In this document: piece after piece, positions 30,487 to 40,469 of the stretch
How the letters are laid out: every line of letters starts with the position of its first letter
Numbering within the stretch: the first letter of the stretch is position 1
DNA from: an uncultured delta proteobacterium
GTDB lineage: Bacteria; Myxococcota_A; UBA9160; UBA4427
Length of the DNA: 64,000 bases
Direction of reading: 5' to 3'
Assembly: GCA_963822965.1 (NCBI GenBank)
Contig: CAWGJT010000005.1
Coordinates: forward strand, 1,280,001 to 1,344,000
Notes under the pieces: generated by a model
The model's database searches: none
Told to the model about the DNA's origin: nothing
Seen by the model: the letters and a program-made list of their open reading frames with translations, nothing else
Program-made: the position numbers and the translations under genes

Positions 30487-32828
30487 GCGTGTCAGCGATC
30501 CCCCGAAGCCGTCGCCTGCGTCGCCCTCCGACTCCGATCCTGCGGACGGCGCTCCTGTGCGCGGTGCTGCTGACGCCCGTCGGGGCGCGAGCGGCGGACG
30601 AGGCGACCGACCCGGCGACCGACCCGGCGCGCGACACGCCGCCGACGACGGAGACCGACGCGGCGCCCCGCGCGGTTGCGCCGTCGGGCTCCGGGACCGC
30701 CCGCGAGACCCCGCCCGAGCCGCCGCCCCCGCCCGAGGAGGAGCTGGGACCGGTGCTGCTGTGGTCTGCGACCGTCTTCGGGCAGTACCGCAAGATCGAC
30801 TCGCCCTACGACCGCGACCGGCGAGCCGGCTTCTTCGACCAGTACGAGTTCACGCCCAGCAAGGGCTCCACCGCGCCGCTGCAGCTGGGCGTGCGGGAAG
30901 CCAGCCTCGATTGGATCGAGGACGACGAGCCCCGCATCCAGCTCCGCTACGCCAGCCCGACCTCGAACCTGGACCTGAACGGAGGCGATCTCGGCGACTC
31001 CTTCCTCGACCAGCGGGCGCTGCTGCTGGGTCGATCCAGGGCCTTCCGGCTCGACCTCGACTACTGGCGCTTCCGGACCGAGCAGCTGCGGGTCTACCCG
31101 GAGACGGACGCCGGGGGTGGGGCGCTGCCGTACAACGACCTGACCGGGCCGGACGACCGCTTCTACCGCGACCGCACCGGCTTCCAGGGCGAGCTGCGCT
31201 GGCGCCCCGATCGCTCGCTGCCCGACGGCAGCGACGGGCTCGCCTGGCTGTCGCCCGAGCTGGCGCTGCGCGGGGGCTACGACCGACGCGAGGGCCGCCG
31301 GCAGCAGCAGACCCTGCTGAACCCCGCGAACGACTGGGTCGCCTTCCCCCAGGACTTCGGCGACGACGTCTCGGACGTCGGCGGAGGCCTGCTGGTGGCA
31401 CCCGGCGGGCTGTTCACGATGACCTTCGACTTCGACTACCAGGACTACGCGGCCAACCAGCCCCAGCTGGACGACACCCTGCCCTTCCCGCCGACCTCGC
31501 GCAGCCTCGATTTCGTGCCGTCGAGCAACCGCAAGACGGGACAGGCGGGCCTGCACGTGCGCCTCGGCGAGCGCGCCGTCGTGACGGCGGCGTTCCAGGC
31601 CACGGTGCTCGACCAGGAGAGCCCGCGCACCCCCCGCCAGCAGAGCGTCGGTCTCGACCGCAACAAGGCCACCGTCTACTCGGCGCGCATCGCCGGCGAC
31701 CTGCAGATCGCCCCGGACTGGACCGCCAACGCCTTCGCGAAGTACGTGTTCCGGGACCGCGAAATCGATCAGAACACCCCGCTCTTCGGGCCCACGAGCC
31801 CCGGCCAGGTGGACGAGTTCCTCGACAGCTTTCACCGGATCGACCTGGGGGCCGAGAGCGTCTACCGGCCGTGGCGCGGCGTCGACCTGGCGCTCGGCCT
31901 GAGCGCGCTCTTCATCGATCGCGATCTCGACTTCGCCCAGCCGGGTCTCGGCAACGCCGTGATCCTGCCCGCCAACGCCTGGGTGAACGGCCACACCCAG
32001 ATGTGGACGGTCTACGGGCGCGCGCAGCTGCGCCCCTTCCGCGGGGTGGGGGTGCGCGTAAAGCTGAGCTACCGCGATGCACCCGACACAGGCTACGTGA
32101 CGGATCTCGACGACTACGTCGAGGGGAGCCTGCGCGCGAGCTACGTCGTGCCCGTCACCCGGCCGACGACCGTCGCCTTCCAGCTGAGCGGGGGATCGGG
32201 CAAGAACTCGCAGTTCAGGGCCATCGACGGCGTGGGACCGACCCCGAGCGGCCCCAGCCGGCGCCGCGACTACGAACGCAGCCACTGGACCCTGAGCCTC
32301 TCGGGGGACAGCGCGGTCCGCGATGACCTGAGCCTCTTCGCGTCGCTCAGCTACGCGGAGGACGAGCAGAGCGACGACCTGCTGCAGTCCAACCTCCAGC
32401 GCTACTTCCAGGACGCCGTCCCGATCCAGTTCCGCAAGCTGGACGGTCTGGACTGCCGCACCCGGGAGCTCGGGTTCGTGCTCGGAAGCCAGCTCTGGCT
32501 CACGAAGAAGACCGACGCCGGACTCTCCTACTCGTTCACTTGGGCCGAGACGAAGTTCCTCGACCCGGGCAGCATGCCCGAGCTGGCGCTGATCGGCGAC
32601 AACCGCATCGTCGACGCCCGCATCCACGGGCTCGACCTGGAGCTGCGCCATCAGATCCGCAAGGGGCTGCGCGTCTTCGCTGGCTACCGCCTGCAGCTCT
32701 ACGAGGATGGCGCCCCCAAGCCGAGCGCCACGGGCAGCGTGCAACAGCCGGGAAGCCGCACGGACCTGCGCCACACCGTGAGCATCGGCATCAGCCTGAG
32801 CAGCGAGCTGCTGGACCGCGCTCGCTGA
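30483..32828 (+). CDS. mtrB: MtrB/PioB-like outer-membrane beta-barrel
   Basis: GTGA overlap with the decaheme stop; signal peptide; ~780 aa of amphipathic beta-strands; canonical position after MtrA. Confidence 0.75.
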   Translation: MSVSAIPRSRRLRRPPTPILRTALLCAVLLTPVGARAADEATDPATDPARDTPPTTETDAAPRAVAPSGSGTARETPPEPPPPPEEELGPVLLWSATVFGQYRKIDSPYDRDRRAGFFDQYEFTPSKGSTAPLQLGVREASLDWIEDDEPRIQLRYASPTSNLDLNGGDLGDSFLDQRALLLGRSRAFRLDLDYWRFRTEQLRVYPETDAGGGALPYNDLTGPDDRFYRDRTGFQGELRWRPDRSLPDGSDGLAWLSPELALRGGYDRREGRRQQQTLLNPANDWVAFPQDFGDDVSDVGGGLLVAPGGLFTMTFDFDYQDYAANQPQLDDTLPFPPTSRSLDFVPSSNRKTGQAGLHVRLGERAVVTAAFQATVLDQESPRTPRQQSVGLDRNKATVYSARIAGDLQIAPDWTANAFAKYVFRDREIDQNTPLFGPTSPGQVDEFLDSFHRIDLGAESVYRPWRGVDLALGLSALFIDRDLDFAQPGLGNAVILPANAWVNGHTQMWTVYGRAQLRPFRGVGVRVKLSYRDAPDTGYVTDLDDYVEGSLRASYVVPVTRPTTVAFQLSGGSGKNSQFRAIDGVGPTPSGPSRRRDYERSHWTLSLSGDSAVRDDLSLFASLSYAEDEQSDDLLQSNLQRYFQDAVPIQFRKLDGLDCRTRELGFVLGSQLWLTKKTDAGLSYSFTWAETKFLDPGSMPELALIGDNRIVDARIHGLDLELRHQIRKGLRVFAGYRLQLYEDGAPKPSATGSVQQPGSRTDLRHTVSIGISLSSELLDRAR

Positions 32829-32830
32829 AG

Positions 32831-33604
32831 CTACGGTCCGGGCGGCTGGGGCTCCTTCGCGGCGATCGCCGGCGCGGCGTGCACGAAGCCCTTGTGACAG
32901 TCGGTGCACGCGATCTGCTTGGCGACGGCACGCTCGTGATACTCGCGCGCCCGCGGTGTCTGCTTGGCGAAGGTGGCCTCGTCCTGCTTGTGGCACTCCG
33001 CGCAGGCCGTGAGGGTGATGGGGCCGTGCGGGTTGTGGCACTGGGTGCAGTACATCGCGTTCTCGCCCGTGAGGCGGTGGGGCGCGTTCTCGGGTGCGTT
33101 CGTGAGGATGGCCGGGTGACACATGGTGCAGAACGCGACCTGGCTCGAGTGGTCGAGCATCGGACCCTTGGCCTGGTGGATCACGTGGCAGTTCGTGCAG
33201 GCGAAGAATTTCCCGTGGGCGCTCTCCTTCCAGTGGGCCCGCGGGCCCTGGTCGTGGCAGGTCAGGCAGATCTGGTTGCGCTCTGGGACCGGGGTCTTGC
33301 TGCTGTTCGAGAACGAGATGTTCCCGACCTGGATCGGAAACTCCATGTGCTTCTTGCTCGGTCCGTGGCAGCTCTCGCACTGCTGCTTCGCCGCCGGCGT
33401 GCGAGGATCGTCGGCCTTCCAGTGGGCCGTCTTCTCGATGCCCAAGATCTTCTCGGTCCCGTGGCACTTGAGACAGGCCTCGGCGCCCTTCCCGGAGTAC
33501 GGCTGGTCCGTTTCGGTCGCGCCGACGAGCCCGAGCGAGGCAGCGGCGATGGCGGCCACGAGCCCCGGGCGAAGGGGCCCGCGCCGGCGGGCGCGGAAGC
33601 TCAT
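32831..33604 (-). CDS. Periplasmic octaheme cytochrome c with a DmsE-like N-terminal region
   Basis: 8 CxxCH; DPRTPAAKQQCESCHGP; signal peptide; ATGA-coupled to napC. Confidence 0.85.
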   Translation of the reverse strand: MSFRARRRGPLRPGLVAAIAAASLGLVGATETDQPYSGKGAEACLKCHGTEKILGIEKTAHWKADDPRTPAAKQQCESCHGPSKKHMEFPIQVGNISFSNSSKTPVPERNQICLTCHDQGPRAHWKESAHGKFFACTNCHVIHQAKGPMLDHSSQVAFCTMCHPAILTNAPENAPHRLTGENAMYCTQCHNPHGPITLTACAECHKQDEATFAKQTPRAREYHERAVAKQIACTDCHKGFVHAAPAIAAKEPQPPGP

Positions 33605-34221
33605 CGGGAGTCCACCTCCTGGTGTCCGGGATCGTGCACCTCGGGCACCGCAGCCCGCGGCAGGATGCCTTCGGGCAGCTTGTGGGCGATGCCCTTGTGG
33701 CAGCTGATGCAGGTCTTCCCGTTCTCGAGGGCGACGCCGTGCAGATTGCGCGCCTTCTCGGACTGTTCCGCCGGGTTCCACAGATCGACGTGGTGGCAGC
33801 GACGGCAGTCCTGGGAGTCGTTCTCGATCATCTCCGCCCACACCCTCGACGCCATCTCCATCCGGTGCGACTCGAACCTGGCGGGCGTGTCGATCTTGTG
33901 GGTGATGAAGTGATGGTACAACTCGCGAACGGACTCGGCCTTGCGGATCAGCATGGGCACGAAGGCTTGCGGGATGTGGCACTCATGGCAGTCGACGAAG
34001 AAGCCGCGGCCGTTCTCCGCGTGGGCGGTCGTCATGTACTCGTCCCCGATGTTCTCCTGCAGCTCGTGGCACGACAGACAGAAGGGGGTGCTCGAGAAGA
34101 AGTGGAGCGTCTCGTTGAAGACGACGACCCCGGCGACACCGAGGATGCCCCCGACCACGACCAGTACGCCCAACGGGAAGCGCGCGCTGGGGGACCACAA
34201 CCACGCCCAGAGGCTCTTCAC
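33601..34221 (-). CDS. napC: NapC/NirT (CymA-like) membrane tetraheme cytochrome c
   Basis: One N-terminal TM helix; FCLSCH, CHECH, CRRCH and CISCHKGIAH. Confidence 0.92.
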   Translation of the reverse strand: MKSLWAWLWSPSARFPLGVLVVVGGILGVAGVVVFNETLHFFSSTPFCLSCHELQENIGDEYMTTAHAENGRGFFVDCHECHIPQAFVPMLIRKAESVRELYHHFITHKIDTPARFESHRMEMASRVWAEMIENDSQDCRRCHHVDLWNPAEQSEKARNLHGVALENGKTCISCHKGIAHKLPEGILPRAAVPEVHDPGHQEVDSR

Positions 34222-34326
34222 GCGGATCGACCCCCCTGCCTCACACGCATCGCACGACGAGCCTAGCCGTGGGACTCCGCAATGTCCAACACCGATCGGA
34301 CACCTGCCCCCTTTCGGGCGAAGGGG

Positions 34327-35706
34327 CTAGTCGTGTCCTTCCGGCGCGCGCAAGACCAGAAAGCCCTCCGGCGCGAGGCTGGTTGCGAGCATCACCTGGT
34401 TGATGTCGTGGTGGCCCGTCCAGGTGCGCGCGCGGCGATTCGAATCGCGAAGCCAGAAGGCGACGACGTCGTCGCCCATGGGCAGGAAGGGACGCAGCGC
34501 CTCGAGCTCCTTGCGAGCGGCTTCGTCTCCCGCGAAGCATGCTTCACGCACTGCCTCCAGCATGCGACCCGCGGCGTCGAGCCCGATGGCGAGTCCCAGC
34601 TCGCGAAACGCGAGACGCCGCTCCGCCGGTGCACTGGGATCGTGCTGCCGGCGATAGCTGGACAGACCCGCGCGGGCCGACCGCAGCAGCGCTGCGAGCA
34701 GGCCATTGTCCTGGAGCCCACCCCGCATGAGCTGTTCGATGCGATAGGCGTCGCTCAGAAGGCCTCCGATCCCGAGCGGATCGTCGGTGGCGAGTGCTCC
34801 ATCGGCGATCATGGACGCGTAGTCGGCGATGGCGCCTTCCAGCCGCGGCCCCTGGGCCTGCTCGAGCGCCGCAGCCGTTCGCTGGAGCTGAGCTGCAGTC
34901 ACATAGCCGTCCAGGGGATCGTGCTGACCCATGGAGGGCACGAGCGGGCGCGAGAGATCGATGCTCAGCTTCCAGTACATGCGCTTCGGACCTGCAGCGG
35001 ATGGGGCGTGGGTGAAGGCGGCGTGCGCCGTCTTCGCCAGCTCGCGCGCCCAGAGGTTGAAGGCGGGCTGGCCAGTCGCGCGCGCGGTCTGATCGAGCGC
35101 GTGCATCCACTTCGTCAGGTAGTGGAAGTATTGCCCGTCCCGGTCCCACTCCAGCTGTGAGTCGAGGGACTCGTTCGTTGGCCGCTCGGGTAGCGGCTTG
35201 CCGATCCGCAGCCCGCCTCGGGTCGGATGCTCCTCGGCGGCGCCGTCGAGCCAGCCCCGGCGCGCGGCGTCGGGCCGGTGGCGGCCGAGGGTGTGATGTA
35301 CTCGCTCGACGAGCGTCAGCGCCTGCGTGCGATAGCGCCCGTCGCCGCTGGCGCGCGCCAGTCCCAGCAGGTTGCAGACCGCGAAGGCGTCGGTCCAGAG
35401 GTACCGTTGCTGGTCTTCGCCAGACGCGACACCGGTTCGCGCCACGAAGTCCTCCATCAGCCCCGCGGCCCGGTCGATGCGCTGCTGTCGGCTCATGGCG
35501 ATCCCGTGCGTCTCGCGATGCTCGGCCTCGGTGCCCGTCCCGTCCCGCGGAGGCGTCGATCCGCTCCGTGAGACGGGCACCGCACATTCGGTCGTGTCCG
35601 CAGCGACGTCACCCCCGGCCGACGCGCCGTCGGCAGGAAAGCCGGCCGCCAGACCGAGGACCAGAAGGAAAGCAACCAGCCCCGGCCCGCCGCGCTGCCT
35701 CGCCAT
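34327..35706 (-). CDS. Conserved hypothetical protein (RYLWTDAFAVCN family)
   Basis: RYLWTDAFAVCN, DGQYFHYLTKW and SMGQHDPLDG motifs; start at 35706 (signal-like) or 35496. Confidence 0.7.
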   Translation of the reverse strand: MARQRGGPGLVAFLLVLGLAAGFPADGASAGGDVAADTTECAVPVSRSGSTPPRDGTGTEAEHRETHGIAMSRQQRIDRAAGLMEDFVARTGVASGEDQQRYLWTDAFAVCNLLGLARASGDGRYRTQALTLVERVHHTLGRHRPDAARRGWLDGAAEEHPTRGGLRIGKPLPERPTNESLDSQLEWDRDGQYFHYLTKWMHALDQTARATGQPAFNLWARELAKTAHAAFTHAPSAAGPKRMYWKLSIDLSRPLVPSMGQHDPLDGYVTAAQLQRTAAALEQAQGPRLEGAIADYASMIADGALATDDPLGIGGLLSDAYRIEQLMRGGLQDNGLLAALLRSARAGLSSYRRQHDPSAPAERRLAFRELGLAIGLDAAGRMLEAVREACFAGDEAARKELEALRPFLPMGDDVVAFWLRDSNRRARTWTGHHDINQVMLATSLAPEGFLVLRAPEGHD

Positions 35707-36132
35707 GAGGACTTCTCCCACGGCGGCAGCCTAGCATCGCGTCTTCGCAGTGTGGCGAGCCGAGCACGGGAGTGATCTGGAGGGGGGCTCGGGAGCCCCT
35801 ACGGGGGACCCGCTGAAGTGTGACCACAAGCTCCGCCGATAGCGAAGTCTTCCGACGATGCTCTCCGCATGGCGGGTCTGTCAATCGAAATCTCACCGGC
35901 GACGCCGCCGCGCGGTCCGAGACAGCCAGGGACACCCGGCGCGGGTCGAAGTGAGGCTTCGCGGCCTCAGTGGATCCTCACTCTCTCGATCGCCTCGCGC
36001 CAGGAGCCCGGTCCGGCCAACCGGCCCCCCCGTGGTGACGGAAAAGACGCCGACCGCTCCTCGACGAAGCACAGTCGCCGGACTCGAAGGGATACACTCA
36101 TTCATGTGGTCGATGCGGGGGAGGTCGGTGCA

Positions 36133-36816
36133 ATGAGGTGTCTACGCAGTGTCTGGCTGGCGATCTGGACCGCGGTCGCGATGGCGGTGCCTGCCTCCGC
36201 CCTCGCGCAGGACGTCGAAGGGACGGCTGACCCCGAACGCTGGAGGGTTCCCTTCGAGGGCGAGCTCGGCTTCGCGGTCGGCCTTCCGCAGAACGAGCTG
36301 AGCGAGGAAGTGAAGGACTCCGGCTTCGGCTTCGATCTGTACATGGGGGTCGGTCTGGACGAGCTGCCCATCGCGTTCGGCGCCGAGCTGGGTTTCGTGA
36401 CCTACGGCTCGAAGACGCGCACCCAGAGGGTCTCCGGTGTGCGGGTCGACGTGACGACGGACAACAACATCCTCCTCGGTCACCTGGTCGTTCGCATACG
36501 GCCTCGCGACTGGGTCGTGCGACCCTACGTGGAGGGGCTCGTCGGCTTCAAGCTCTTCTTCACCGACACCACGGTGAGAAACCCGGATGGATCGGGGAGC
36601 ATTGCTTCGAACAACAACAATTCCGACGCTGCCTTCAGCTACGGAGCGGGCGGCGGTGTCATCGTCCCCATCTTCGGGGGGCCCGTCTACGTGAGCGCCG
36701 GCGCTCGCTATCTCTTCGGGACGCGAGCGAGCTACCTCTCGAAGGGCTCGGTCGACGTGAAGACCTCGGACACCGATCTCCTGCTCGTGAACATGGGCAT
36801 CGGGGTCGCCTTCTAG
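36133..36816 (+). CDS. Outer-membrane beta-barrel protein
   Basis: Signal peptide ending ALA, alternating beta-strands, terminal Phe. Confidence 0.8.
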   Translation: MRCLRSVWLAIWTAVAMAVPASALAQDVEGTADPERWRVPFEGELGFAVGLPQNELSEEVKDSGFGFDLYMGVGLDELPIAFGAELGFVTYGSKTRTQRVSGVRVDVTTDNNILLGHLVVRIRPRDWVVRPYVEGLVGFKLFFTDTTVRNPDGSGSIASNNNNSDAAFSYGAGGGVIVPIFGGPVYVSAGARYLFGTRASYLSKGSVDVKTSDTDLLLVNMGIGVAF

Positions 36817-37058
36817 CCGGCACTCTCGCCTGCCGCCTACGAAGATCGGACTGCACCTCGCGGCGGCCGGGCGGGGGCTAGATCAAGGCGCGGGTTCCCC
36901 AGACGTAGAGGAGCGAGGCACGCGTAGAGGCTCCGCCGCTGCTCGAGCGGAGCCGCGAGCATCAACTCTCCACTCGAGAACGCCCAGCCAGAACGGGAGC
37001 AGACGCCCGGATCAAAGAATCTGCGGCGATGGGGAAAGTGCGTCTTGCGCTCCGACCC

Positions 37059-37142
37059 TATGGAAGGACGAACAAGCCCGGCTTCGGCGTGACGTTGGAG
37101 TAGTGGCGTTATGGCAAGCCCCTCCGGGGTCCCGGCGGCGGG
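37059..37142 (+). repeat. Dispersed element copy E
   Basis: GGAAGGACGAACAAGCCCGGCTTCGGCGTGACGTTGGAGTAGTGGCGTTATGGCAAGCCCCTCCGGGGTCCCGGCGGCGGG. Confidence 0.85.
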
Positions 37143-37275
37143 GGCGGAGGCGGGCCAGGGCGTACTTCGCCGCCGAGACCGGCGACTGAGGGCCGTCAGG
37201 CGACGTCTCTCAGCCCCGGGGCCTCGTCGGGCAGCCGCAGGTCTCCCGACGCGTACCAAGGGGTATCCTCGACGG

Positions 37276-38307
37276 ATGGCGCCTTCGTGGCTTCCTCACC
37301 CGGATGACCTGGTCGGCGCGCTCTCGAACGTGGCTCACGCCCTGCGCCCAGGCTCGACGAACACCCTCCCGGCGCTTCGCGGCTACGAGGAAACGGATTT
37401 CGAGGCGCTCTTCCCCGCTCCAACGGAGGCGCCGCGCGAGGTCAGGCTTCGGCGCCGCTGGCGATTGGCCGGGGTCGTGAGCGAGGACATCTCGTTCCCA
37501 TCGGCGTACGAGCCTTTGGATGCGGCATTTCGCCGACGCTACGAGCGCGAGTACGTCGAGAACCACACCGTCTGGGCGCGACGGCTGCGCCCGTCGGGCT
37601 GCGAGGATCGGCCGCGCCTCCTCTACATCCACGGCTACATGCAGCCCGAGACCCTCTTCGAGGAGGTCGGGCTGCTGGCGCTGTTGGCACGCCGGCTCGG
37701 CGTCGAGATCGTACAGATCCAGCCGCCGTATCACGGGCGACGCAAGCCGAAGGGATCGTGGTTCGACGGCAGCCTCTACTGGACGGGGGACGTCGTGCGG
37801 AGCGTCGAGGCGCTGCGCCAGACCCTGCTCGATGCGCGCTCCCTGCTCAGCTGGATGCTGCAGGAGAGCGACCGGCCCGTCGGCGTATCGGGCCTGAGCC
37901 TGGGCGGCTTCCTGACCTGCGCCCTCACCTGCCTGGACGACCGCTTCGCGTTCTCGTTTCCGCTGATCGGCCACATGGACATCGGAGCCGTGATCGAGGA
38001 CGCACCCGTGCTCGGCAGGATGCGCCGTGAGCTGCGCGACTTCGGCTGGGAGCCACGGGACTTCGGCGCGTTCTTCGAGCGGATCGGCTGGAACCGCCAG
38101 CGCGCGCTCCTCGACCCGGCCCACATCCGCCTCTACGCGGCGTCCCGCGATCGCTTCTTCGCACCGGCCCTCGTCGAAGACCTCGCGGAGCGGTGGGGCG
38201 GAGCGCCGATCGAGTGGTACGACTGCAGCCACATGGGCTTCGCGCGTCACCTGCCTCGGGCCGCCACGAGCATGCGCTCGGTCATCGACGCGGTCGCCTC
38301 TCCCTAG
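37276..38307 (+). CDS. Alpha/beta hydrolase
   Basis: GLSLGG nucleophile elbow, DRFF acid and SHMG His; PYHGRRKP. Confidence 0.85.
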   Translation: MAPSWLPHPDDLVGALSNVAHALRPGSTNTLPALRGYEETDFEALFPAPTEAPREVRLRRRWRLAGVVSEDISFPSAYEPLDAAFRRRYEREYVENHTVWARRLRPSGCEDRPRLLYIHGYMQPETLFEEVGLLALLARRLGVEIVQIQPPYHGRRKPKGSWFDGSLYWTGDVVRSVEALRQTLLDARSLLSWMLQESDRPVGVSGLSLGGFLTCALTCLDDRFAFSFPLIGHMDIGAVIEDAPVLGRMRRELRDFGWEPRDFGAFFERIGWNRQRALLDPAHIRLYAASRDRFFAPALVEDLAERWGGAPIEWYDCSHMGFARHLPRAATSMRSVIDAVASP

Positions 38308-38767
38308 ATTGGGTCTTCCTCGCGGCGCCGGCTCCCGTCTCGGCCCGCCGCGCGAGCCACGCGACGGTGAATCCGTACACCAGGTGGATCGCGAGGCTCG
38401 GGTAGACCACGCTCCATCCGAGAAGCCAGGGAGTCGTGTCTCCGAACGCGACTGGGAGCGCGAGCGAGTTCACCACGACGTAGAAGCCCGCGCCATATGC
38501 CAGCCCGACGAGAAGCCTGTCCCGCGTGCGCGAGAACCTCACGAGCACGAGCAGCAGCGGCACCGCGACGACGCAGCTGATCGCGAGGTGCTGGACGAAC
38601 GTGAGCAGGTAATGGAGGGGCCCGGAGGCGTCCCCGACCACGAGCGCCAGGGTCTTCCTGCCGTACTCGTTGACCCGCAGGCCCAGCCTCTGGAAGAGGG
38701 CCGCGAAGGGGATCATTGCGAGCCCGGCGATCGTGCCGGTGCGGAGCGCCTCCCTGACGAGCTTCAT
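38282..38767 (-). CDS. Four-TM membrane protein
   Basis: Hydrophobic helices with an HLVYG motif; directly downstream of the DUF302 gene. Confidence 0.7.
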   Translation of the reverse strand: MKLVREALRTGTIAGLAMIPFAALFQRLGLRVNEYGRKTLALVVGDASGPLHYLLTFVQHLAISCVVAVPLLLVLVRFSRTRDRLLVGLAYGAGFYVVVNSLALPVAFGDTTPWLLGWSVVYPSLAIHLVYGFTVAWLARRAETGAGAARKTQSRERRPRR

Positions 38768-38768
38768 C

Positions 38769-39152
38769 TCAGATCGATTCCTCGATGATCGCGACGATCG
38801 TCCGCTCGATCTCTTCCGCGGCCTGCCCGAGCTCGGCGGATTCGGAGATGAGACCCAGGATATCGGTCGGGGGGATCATTCCGATCCGGGTCTGGCCGGC
38901 GTCTTCGTACACCGAGATCCGGCAGGGCAGCGCCATGTTCACGCGCATGTCGTTCCGCAGGATCTCACTCGCTTGTCTCGGGTTGCAGACCTCGAGGACG
39001 CGACATTCGTTCGGAAGCTCGAAACCCTTCGCGCGCAGGGTCGCCCGGAAGTCGTAGCTGTGGAGGACCCCGAAACCGTGCCGCTGGACCGACGCCAAGA
39101 CGGCCGCCGTCGCATCCTCGACCGACTTGTCGGTATCTCGTACGTAGATCAC
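38769..39152 (-). CDS. DUF302 family protein
   Basis: FGVL, LEVCNP and LPCRISVYE motifs. Confidence 0.88.
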   Translation of the reverse strand: MIYVRDTDKSVEDATAAVLASVQRHGFGVLHSYDFRATLRAKGFELPNECRVLEVCNPRQASEILRNDMRVNMALPCRISVYEDAGQTRIGMIPPTDILGLISESAELGQAAEEIERTIVAIIEESI

Positions 39153-39191
39153 GCAAACCTCCGAAGCCCGCCCCGAGACTACCGGCAGGCG

Positions 39192-39722
39192 TCAAGACGT
39201 GCCGCTTCCCGTTGGCGAGTGGGGCCCCGACGGCGGTCGTGCGGCGCGCTCGTCATCGTCGTCGAAGAGCAGGAACGCAAACCCCATCGAGGCGACCGCC
39301 AGGTGCCAGACCAGGACGCCCAGATAGGTGACCTCGGCTGCGAGAGGCGATCCCAGGGCCGCAACTGCGAGCGATACGAGGGAAATGAGGAGGCCCAGAT
39401 AGGACGTGACCCTGTGCGTCGCCGTAGCCTGCGGGGGTCGTCGAAGGATGAAGGACGACACGTCTGCGAGGTGGACCGCACCGTAGATCGAGAGGGCCCA
39501 GCGCCAGGGCGGGCTGGCGACGCGCTCCAGGATCAGCGGAAACAGCGAGAAGAAGATCGCGAGCGCGCTCACCTGGAGGAGGATGCGAAGATTGAAGCGC
39601 TGGATCGCCGTCCAGGCGCTGACGCCCCGGTTTTCGAGAGTGACGACGACGCTGCTGAAGCCCGCCAGGGCGACCGCGACTTCGGCGACGAGGGCGAGGG
39701 CCTCGTGGCTCGACGATTCCAT
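39192..39722 (-). CDS. Hypothetical membrane protein
   Basis: AEVAVALAGFSSVV start and about five TM segments. Confidence 0.7.
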   Translation of the reverse strand: MESSSHEALALVAEVAVALAGFSSVVVTLENRGVSAWTAIQRFNLRILLQVSALAIFFSLFPLILERVASPPWRWALSIYGAVHLADVSSFILRRPPQATATHRVTSYLGLLISLVSLAVAALGSPLAAEVTYLGVLVWHLAVASMGFAFLLFDDDDERAARPPSGPHSPTGSGTS

Positions 39723-39729
39723 CAGGCGC

Positions 39730-39960
39730 TCACAGGTCCAATCGCATGGGCTGCACCAGCAGGCTCGACCCGGGTCGCAGGGGCTCCGGAGCCCCGTCGG
39801 GCTCGAAGCCCGCGCGCTCGTAGAGACGCTCTGCTGCCGTCTGACTGCATGTGACCAATAGTGCGACAGAGCGGGCGTTTGCGCCGGCCGCCCAGCGAAC
39901 CGCGGCGTCGAGTAGCGCGCGCGCCACGCCGAGGCGCCGCAGCTCCGGCTCGAGCGTACT
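39730..39960 (-). pseudogene. C-terminal fragment of a GNAT acetyltransferase
   Basis: PELRRLGVARALL and AERLYERAGF motifs; N-terminus absent. Confidence 0.7.
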
Positions 39961-40216
39961 CGTCGGGCTCCGGGAGCCGAGCCGCCCACACCCTGCTGGA
40001 ACGGCAGGTGCCTGCGGTTCGGAGACGCGGAAAATCTCCGCACTCAGCGCCCGGAGAGCGCGCGCATGAGGCGATCGGCCTCGGCGGTGTGGCGAAGAGG
40101 CGTGCTCGAGAGCCATCGTCGAAGCTTCGCCTCGGTGGCGAGCCGCTCCAAGCCCTGCTCGGCTGACACAAGCAGATCCTGGAGCCTCGGGGTTGCCGGC
40201 ATTGACGGCGGCTGGG

Positions 40217-40311
40217 AGGAGGCGGAGCGCGGCAATGCGTTGGCGTGTGGCACGAAGACCGTGCCGCGAAAGCTCCTCGGCGATCTTCTCGTCAGCAGTG
40301 CGATGAGACAT
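40217..40311 (-). pseudogene. N-terminal fragment of a Fur-family regulator
   Basis: LSRHGLRATRQRIAAL, then an abrupt break. Confidence 0.65.
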
Positions 40312-40469
40312 GGCGAACCTTGTTGGTGCTCGAAAGGCATCGGAGCAGCGGGATCGGAAGGCGATGAAGACGGGACTGGTGAAGCGGATCGTTTCGGCGG
40401 GCAGTACCACGTCATGCAGCTTCCAAGTCTGCAAGTACCGACGCCAGGGTCGCCCGCATGGTGACCCGG

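Noticed and set aside
27280..33467. Very long antisense and alternate-frame ORFs (1064 aa, 991 aa, the 1521-aa extension)
   Set aside because: Shadow ORFs expected in high-GC coding DNA; the real genes carry clear motifs in other frames.
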